Of a stretch of DNA of 6,553 bases, positions 1-6,553 are shown in pieces. Position 1 is the first letter of the stretch, and each line of letters starts with the position of its first letter. This stretch comes from Geosiphon pyriformis uo1 (Eukaryota > Fungi > Glomeromycota). The notes beneath the pieces are model-generated. The model did not search any database, was not told the DNA's origin, and worked only from the letters and a program-made list of their open reading frames with translations. The position numbers were made by a program, and so were the translations under genes. Location of the stretch: positions 1 to 6,553 of the forward strand of contig JAAOMT010000713.1 of NCBI GenBank assembly GCA_016748015.1, given 5' to 3'.

Positions 1-1617
1 CCCCCCCCTGACCACCGGTATAATTTGTGATTCAACTCCATGACACCAACGAGTAGGGATGGTTGGATACTATAGCAGGCGGCGATGAGCGACTTTGGAT
101 TGCTCGAAAAGGCGCTTGCGGGATTGGATACTTGGGATACAATAGGTGCCTCAATCCAATACTGATTTAGCTTTGAGTCGGGACGACGCTTGTAAACCAA
201 TACATTTACTTTGGTCACAGTGCTAATGGCCACCAGACATTACTTTGGGATTGGGGCTATGGCTACCAACACAAGGACTTTTAGAGAGTACTTTACATAC
301 ATAGCTTTGGGTAACAGGAGTAATGTAGTCCCTTTACAAGAAGCTTTTTGATTTGACGTCCTTTGGTATACAAAACTTACATTATGGTCCACATACTAGA
401 GAGTACGTATAGTCTTACTGACAGATCATAGTCGGGTACTCTAGCTAGCAGGCGCTCAATGGTCCCCTACTGGTAGGTATATAATAAACTAGGCTACCAT
501 AGCGAGCTATTTAAGAGTACAGGTAAAAAGCCTGGAGACGAGTAAGATGGGGTCCTACTGTAGGATGAGGGTCCCCTATTTATTGAGGAGCCATATTTCG
601 CATGGCGATACTATTGGGTACAAGCTTTCCCCTTTGCAAGCCTTGAGTGCAGAAGCCCATACCATAATCATATAGGGCTCCCCATTACAATATGTTGGAC
701 CACACAGGACTCCTCGCACAAGATACATATCCGTTACAGCTATAAGATTACTCGAATCCCCTATAGAATATCCTGCTGTTAACAGTGCAATTTGGTTACA
801 TTATTTCAGCCACTGACCAATCATGACAGCCCTTTAAGGCTATCCTTTACTTTATGCATACAGACAAATGGACACATTATTGCTTGGCTAGAGAAGTTAC
901 CATACTGAACTTTGATTAAGGACCCATATTTGCTCTGTATAAGTATTCTGACACACACGTTTAGAGATAAAAGTATCCAATACCTCTTGTACAACCAGTC
1001 ACAGAACCTTATAGAATGACTACAACCCTTATGATCCCCCGGCGAAGTATTGGTAATACCCTTTTTGTAAACAGATTAGCATTAAAGGGAATTCGATTTG
1101 ACCTGCAATAATGAATAGGACTCAAGTACCCCCCCACTTTGAGAGCCTTTGAAAGTAACTCCTTTACTGCCATTTTACCCTCGACGGACCCAGGCTAGAT
1201 AGCTAATGTGACCCACTTGATGACTGGTTCTGGATGGATCCTGGGAAGTGGTGGGGATACCAGTGGTTGTCATGATGGGGATTTGGGTTTTTGTTACCCC
1301 CTATTAGGGGTTAGCAAGGCCAACCATGGGCCCACATATCAGAGATGAGACCAATTTGGGATTGGTTTTATACCCCCCCTGGCATGTATTTAACATGGAT
1401 GTATCAATGGCGAATCCTGAATACATGGGGTATTTTAACACTTTCACTTCACGGTGGGATTAATACTTTAGATCACGGGTGTTGGGGGATACCTATCATA
1501 TGCAGGAGGAGTTTGCTTACTAAATGGTTGGGTTGGTTTGAACTTGTGTATATGATATACCTACTGTTTGTGGTGGGGATCGGCGAGACACCCTGTTGTT
1601 TTTTGAAGTTTGTATGG

Positions 1618-1715
1618 ATTTGTGTATAGGGTACCACTGTATCCGGATCGGTTGGATACTGTCTACCAATGGGATCCCCCCCATACCATGGATACTTTAT
1701 CCCGTATACACAAAT
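1618..1715. other. Terminal hairpin (rod tip B); repeated at 5899-5996
   Basis: Perfect 11-bp inverted repeat ATTTGTGTATA 1618-1628/TATACACAAAT 1705-1715. It encloses GTATCC 1639-1644/GGATAC 1690-1695, GGATC 1645-1649/GATCC 1673-1677 and TTGG 1652-1655/CCAA 1666-1669. Confidence 0.7.
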
Positions 1716-1995
1716 GGATGGATCCCCAACAACCAATGGGATCCACAACAAATGGGATCCCCCCAAATGGATACATGGATACCCCTTATACCCAATGGAT
1801 TCCCCCAACGTCTACACGGATCAAACAAACACCTGGATCGGCGCTCGACAAACAGGCTCCTACCACTGGATACCCAGATCTCCCCTTGTTACAATCATGA
1901 TACACTGTATACTTGGATACCCTTATCACAAGGTATATGTATACAGGATACCCATTTGATATGGATACCAAACTTGTGATACCCCTAGGATACCA
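1653..1995 (+). repeat. Irregular array of short (AAT/T)GGAT(A/C)C(C)n motifs; repeated at 5934-6276
   Basis: ACCAATGGGATCC at 1665-1677 and 1732-1744. AATGGGATCCCCCC at 1668-1681 and 1751-1764. TGGATAC at 1653, 1689, 1768, 1776, 1868, 1914 and 1962. GGATAC at 1946 and 1988. Confidence 0.85.
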
Positions 1996-2013
1996 AAAAC
2001 CCCCCCCCCACCC

Positions 2014-2273
2014 GGGGACCCAAGTCCCCAAAGTACTACTTGGCCGCGAGATGCCGTACCATTGAGTAGGCTCCTGAGTACACTGGGTGTAAGAGGGGAG
2101 GTGGTGGGTCCTTGACTGGTGGGGAGGGTATAAACCCCAAAATGGATCCACCTTGTATCCGGATACAGGTCATGTTTGTGTCCCCCTATATATGGGGACT
2201 TTAGACCTTGTTAGAGGTGTGGTTTGTAGCCCGTATTGGGAGTCAGTTTGTGTACACAAAAATGGGTGACCCA
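2014..2273. other. Cluster of short perfect hairpins and palindromes
   Basis: GGGGAC-CCAA-GTCCCC 2014-2029; GGGT-ATAA-ACCC 2126-2137; TGTATCCGGATACA 2154-2167; GTCCCC-CTATATAT-GGGGAC 2180-2199; TTTGTGTACACAAA 2247-2260; TGGGT-G-ACCCA 2263-2273. Confidence 0.85.
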
Positions 2274-3764
2274 CCCCACCCCCCCAATGTGAGTAAATAA
2301 ATGGTACAACCATTATGGTCAGATGACAAAGTGGTACTCCCATTGGGGCCCTTGGACACAAAAGGGGTAAAGTTGTATTGGTAAGCGTAATCCTGGGTAT
2401 TGGGGAGGACACGCCATTAGAGTGGTTATTGGATCGATCGGTACTCTTTGTACGGGAAAAGCAAACCCACCAGGCACAAGGTATAAGAGGTAGTGATTTG
2501 GTTGTACCTTTTGGTTATACCCAGGTCCCACCCATTGTGGATGGTAATACTCTGGCAGGTCCTGGAGTTGGATTGGTATTGGGGTCCATGGTATTGCGAA
2601 ACCCTCTTTACTATGGTCCGTGTAGTATATTGGGAGTCCTTGTTGTGGTGGTTGGAGGTAAGGGTATTGGGGAGTACCTTTGACCCTGGGGAGTCATTGG
2701 TATTTGTTGTTTTTGGGTATTGGTGGAACCTATGGGTTATTGATGGGTATTGGATTGATTGCTATACAATGGGATTCTTACCTCCCAAGTAGTATTTAGC
2801 TTTGACAATTGGAGACGGTAGTCTTGTACATGGCTATTACAGTAGGGACATAGCAATAACCAGTATAATTAGAGTACTTGCTTGAACCATCATCATGAAC
2901 CCCATTACTTTACAATTTAAGCTCTCATTGGTTTTCTGCTTACCTTATGACCTAGTCTGCTCTCCCCAACGGGAGAACAATGGCTCTTAATACCATGGGA
3001 CCCGTATTAGGCTATTAAACAACAGGTACCCTTGCTACTAGGTCTATAATTACCCTTAGATCCCCAAGTACTACCTCAATAGCCTCATTGGGACCACAAT
3101 TCTTAAGCTATGGTCCTTCCCTCCATAAGCTCTACCATTACCCACAAAACCCGTATTGTTACAGTACTTACAATAGACATTCTGGGTGCTGGACACAAGC
3201 TTCAACCTCTTTAGGATCCCATAGTAGACCTTACTTGGCCTTAATTGTAATTTTTACTTGGTTTGATTGGATTTTTCATATTTGGGTTTTGGACCCAAAG
3301 ACAATCTGCAATTTGTATGGGGACATTTAATACGTCTGCCTCATATGGTAACTCTAGTAGCCCTTAAAAGCTTTGATCCTTTAGGGATCACTATTGATGG
3401 TACCTATTGGCGAATGCGACGATTACGCAGCGAACAAGCACTAAGGCTTTATAAAGTGCATGGTGGTAAGATGGAGTATACGGAGTGATCAACAGTGTTT
3501 GGACTCGTGTTACTACAGGGATAAAATATACCGTTAGTCTACTATGCCCATGATCCTTCTTGAACTTGCCTCTTCCCTCTACAACACTACTTATGGGTAA
3601 TGAGCATCCTTTACAAGGGCAACTTGGGGACTAATATGCGCTTGGCTTTAGCTGCTGCAATAAGCGACCTTATATGTTGCTACCATTTCCCAATCGATAT
3701 GGGGGAGTATACAGAGAGTACTTGGAGGACTCCTTACAATACAAGATACTTTGAGTCTTTTACA

Positions 3765-3834
3765 AGGATGGATTTGGTCCCCAATCAAGAGTACTTTGGT
3801 ATACCAATCCTTTACTGGGGCTACCAATCATCCT
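3765..3834. other. Terminal hairpin (rod tip A) centred on the perfect palindrome TTGGTATACCAA (3796-3807)
   Basis: Nested helices AGGATG 3765-3770/CATCCT 3829-3834, TTGGT 3774-3778/ACCAA 3823-3827 and CCCCA 3779-3783/TGGGG 3816-3820, plus the 12-nt palindrome. Confidence 0.8.
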
Positions 3835-4010
3835 GCTATAGCTGAAATGCTATTAGCTTTAGCAATTAAGGCTAGAAGCTCTATAAGGCATACTTGGGAT
3901 ACACAGTAGCTTTGGGCTATCCCCATGGTCTTGGACACCAGCACATATGAGACCCAATAGTAGACCTCTTTAAGTACCATACAGGTAGACAGTCAGAAAT
4001 GGTGAACCTT

Positions 4011-4034
4011 TGGTGGTTGGTGGTGGTGGGTGGG
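4011..4034 (+). repeat. TGG/GGT-rich simple repeat
   Basis: TGGTGGTTGGTGGTGGTGGGTGGG read directly. Confidence 0.8.
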
Positions 4035-4281
4035 TTTTTACACCATCCGTAGTCTTCTAGCTATCCCCACTTAAGGGTTCATGAGCTTGGATTTTATAGG
4101 GACTTTACAAGGTTCCATAGTCAGCTCCTATGCCATTGCTTTAAAAGCTTTATACCACATTTAACCTTGTGAGTACTTTACAGTCAATTCCATTGAAGTA
4201 CTTGACAATCTCGAGTATTTTGAAGTCCTTTACTATTAGGATAGCGTAATAAACCCATTACTTTTGGTAGACTAGTCTTTA

Positions 4282-6553
4282 CCCCCCCCTGACCACCGGT
4301 ATAATTTGTGATTCAACTCCATGACACCAACGAGTAGGGATGGTTGGATACTATAGCAGGCGGCGATGAGCGACTTTGGATTGCTCGAAAAGGCGCTTGC
4401 GGGATTGGATACTTGGGATACAATAGGTGCCTCAATCCAATACTGATTTAGCTTTGAGTCGGGACGACGCTTGTAAACCAATACATTTACTTTGGTCACA
4501 GTGCTAATGGCCACCAGACATTACTTTGGGATTGGGGCTATGGCTACCAACACAAGGACTTTTAGAGAGTACTTTACATACATAGCTTTGGGTAACAGGA
4601 GTAATGTAGTCCCTTTACAAGAAGCTTTTTGATTTGACGTCCTTTGGTATACAAAACTTACATTATGGTCCACATACTAGAGAGTACGTATAGTCTTACT
4701 GACAGATCATAGTCGGGTACTCTAGCTAGCAGGCGCTCAATGGTCCCCTACTGGTAGGTATATAATAAACTAGGCTACCATAGCGAGCTATTTAAGAGTA
4801 CAGGTAAAAAGCCTGGAGACGAGTAAGATGGGGTCCTACTGTAGGATGAGGGTCCCCTATTTATTGAGGAGCCATATTTCGCATGGCGATACTATTGGGT
4901 ACAAGCTTTCCCCTTTGCAAGCCTTGAGTGCAGAAGCCCATACCATAATCATATAGGGCTCCCCATTACAATATGTTGGACCACACAGGACTCCTCGCAC
5001 AAGATACATATCCGTTACAGCTATAAGATTACTCGAATCCCCTATAGAATATCCTGCTGTTAACAGTGCAATTTGGTTACATTATTTCAGCCACTGACCA
5101 ATCATGACAGCCCTTTAAGGCTATCCTTTACTTTATGCATACAGACAAATGGACACATTATTGCTTGGCTAGAGAAGTTACCATACTGAACTTTGATTAA
5201 GGACCCATATTTGCTCTGTATAAGTATTCTGACACACACGTTTAGAGATAAAAGTATCCAATACCTCTTGTACAACCAGTCACAGAACCTTATAGAATGA
5301 CTACAACCCTTATGATCCCCCGGCGAAGTATTGGTAATACCCTTTTTGTAAACAGATTAGCATTAAAGGGAATTCGATTTGACCTGCAATAATGAATAGG
5401 ACTCAAGTACCCCCCCACTTTGAGAGCCTTTGAAAGTAACTCCTTTACTGCCATTTTACCCTCGACGGACCCAGGCTAGATAGCTAATGTGACCCACTTG
5501 ATGACTGGTTCTGGATGGATCCTGGGAAGTGGTGGGGATACCAGTGGTTGTCATGATGGGGATTTGGGTTTTTGTTACCCCCTATTAGGGGTTAGCAAGG
5601 CCAACCATGGGCCCACATATCAGAGATGAGACCAATTTGGGATTGGTTTTATACCCCCCCTGGCATGTATTTAACATGGATGTATCAATGGCGAATCCTG
5701 AATACATGGGGTATTTTAACACTTTCACTTCACGGTGGGATTAATACTTTAGATCACGGGTGTTGGGGGATACCTATCATATGCAGGAGGAGTTTGCTTA
5801 CTAAATGGTTGGGTTGGTTTGAACTTGTGTATATGATATACCTACTGTTTGTGGTGGGGATCGGCGAGACACCCTGTTGTTTTTTGAAGTTTGTATGGAT
5901 TTGTGTATAGGGTACCACTGTATCCGGATCGGTTGGATACTGTCTACCAATGGGATCCCCCCCATACCATGGATACTTTATCCCGTATACACAAATGGAT
6001 GGATCCCCAACAACCAATGGGATCCACAACAAATGGGATCCCCCCAAATGGATACATGGATACCCCTTATACCCAATGGATTCCCCCAACGTCTACACGG
6101 ATCAAACAAACACCTGGATCGGCGCTCGACAAACAGGCTCCTACCACTGGATACCCAGATCTCCCCTTGTTACAATCATGATACACTGTATACTTGGATA
6201 CCCTTATCACAAGGTATATGTATACAGGATACCCATTTGATATGGATACCAAACTTGTGATACCCCTAGGATACCAAAAACCCCCCCCCCACCCGGGGAC
6301 CCAAGTCCCCAAAGTACTACTTGGCCGCGAGATGCCGTACCATTGAGTAGGCTCCTGAGTACACTGGGTGTAAGAGGGGAGGTGGTGGGTCCTTGACTGG
6401 TGGGGAGGGTATAAACCCCAAAATGGATCCACCTTGTATCCGGATACAGGTCATGTTTGTGTCCCCCTATATATGGGGACTTTAGACCTTGTTAGAGGTG
6501 TGGTTTGTAGCCCGTATTGGGAGTCAGTTTGTGTACACAAAAATGGGTGACCC
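4282..6553 (+). repeat. Long direct repeat, copy 2 (wrap-around of the circular unit)
   Basis: No differences from 1-2272 seen by eye. It runs to the window end. Confidence 0.98.

Larger units (their letters stand above)
1..2272 (+). repeat. Long direct repeat, copy 1 (2,272 nt; period 4,281)
   Basis: Starts CCCCCCCCTGACCACCGG at both 1 and 4282 and ends AATGGGTGACCC at both 2272 and 6553. Six ORFs in the track recur with identical translations at an offset of exactly 4281 (e.g. 1345 to 5626). Confidence 0.98.
1..4281. mobile_element. Monomer of a putative 4,281-nt circular replicon (candidate large viroid-like element)
   Basis: Head-to-tail redundancy with no flanking host sequence is seen directly. 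Circularity is inferred from it and from self-complementarity that continues across the unit junction (GGTAA 3347-3351 pairs with TTACC 4279-4283). Confidence 0.75.
1661..5941 (+). ncRNA. Unit-length imperfect rod-like fold: arm ~1661-3801 pairs antiparallel with arm ~3802-5941
   Basis: Co-linear helices, with first-copy coordinates where available: 1618-1628/1705-1715, 1414-1426/1937-1949, 1285-1293/1994-2002, 1210-1216/2104-2110, 1176-1182/2124-2130, 706-713/2633-2640, 678-684/2668-2674, 465-472/2840-2847, 433-444/2869-2880, 358-369/2990-3001, 239-250/3061-3072, 50-60/3250-3260, 3442-3450/4144-4152, 3521-3527/4091-4097, 3765-3770/3829-3834. Found manually, with no folding program run. Confidence 0.65.

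Noticed and set aside
78-110. Hammerhead-like GCGATGAGCGA...TTGCTCGAAA
   Set aside because: A stem followed by GAAA is present, but the CUGANGA core is absent. I found no CTGANGA on either strand.
154-1269. Minus-strand frame free of TGA (open if TAA/TAG = Gln, table 6), with a similar stretch at 3391-4431
   Set aside because: TCA is scarce on the + strand overall, so the gap is only marginally unusual after multiple testing. The translation is Cys-rich with no recognisable motif.
1653-1995. CRISPR array
   Set aside because: The repeats are only 6-14 nt, degenerate and irregularly spaced, with no unique spacers and no cas genes.
1345-2151. Six overlapping 94-127 aa ORFs (duplicated at 5626-6432)
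   Set aside because: They overlap in multiple frames on both strands. Their W/I/P/G/D-rich repetitive translations follow from the stop-poor GGAT(A/C)C array, and no domain is recognisable.
2170-3845. Remaining 70-101 aa ORFs in the track
   Set aside because: Short, mutually overlapping or alternative-start ORFs with no recognisable motif, at lengths compatible with chance.
3509-4094. LSU rRNA-like words (GTTACTACAGGGATAA 3509-3524, TGATCCTTC 3551-3559, CCCACTTAAGGGTTCATGAGCTTGG near 4066)
   Set aside because: Invariant peptidyl-transferase-centre residues (GATGTCG, GCTGGGTT) are missing and the spacing is wrong, so probably chance. A cmsearch with LSU models would settle it.
1-4281. Organellar minicircle or ambivirus
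   Set aside because: I recognised no respiratory or photosystem gene and no long ambisense ORFs or RdRp motif. An empty or heavily edited organellar minicircle cannot be excluded without a database search.
4272-4514. Minus-strand ORF ending SGGGKD as a Walker A / CRESS Rep helicase
   Set aside because: It is not GxxxxGK[ST], it stops immediately, and I saw no Walker B, HUH motif or nonanucleotide stem-loop.
1-6553. LTR retroelement (2,272-nt LTRs around a 2,009-nt interior)
   Set aside because: The repeats run to the window edges with no TG...CA ends, PBS/PPT or gag/pol remnants, and the self-complementarity ignores the repeat boundaries.

Overview
The window is about 1.53 copies of one 4,281-nt unit. 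Positions 1-2272 recur at 4282-6553, which is the signature of a circular or rolling-circle (concatemeric) replicon. I found no credible gene. The ORF track has nothing above 127 aa, its longest ORFs overlap each other in a low-complexity repeat region, and I saw no Rep, RdRp, RT or capsid motif. The main signal is structural. By-eye comparison of the circle with its reverse complement gives a co-linear series of antiparallel helices on one anti-diagonal (i+j about 3287-3363 modulo 4281) running around the unit. The series is closed by two hairpin tips almost exactly half a unit apart (~1661 and ~3801). Several helices are completed by G-U wobble pairs. The best reading is a ~4.3-kb circular single-stranded element, probably RNA, folding into an imperfect deltavirus/Obelisk-like rod. 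It would be much larger than viroids, Obelisks or deltaviruses, and it lacks the long ORFs of ambiviruses. I could not confirm a canonical ribozyme. The rod, the RNA nature and the non-coding status are manual inferences that need folding, shuffle controls and read-level checks.
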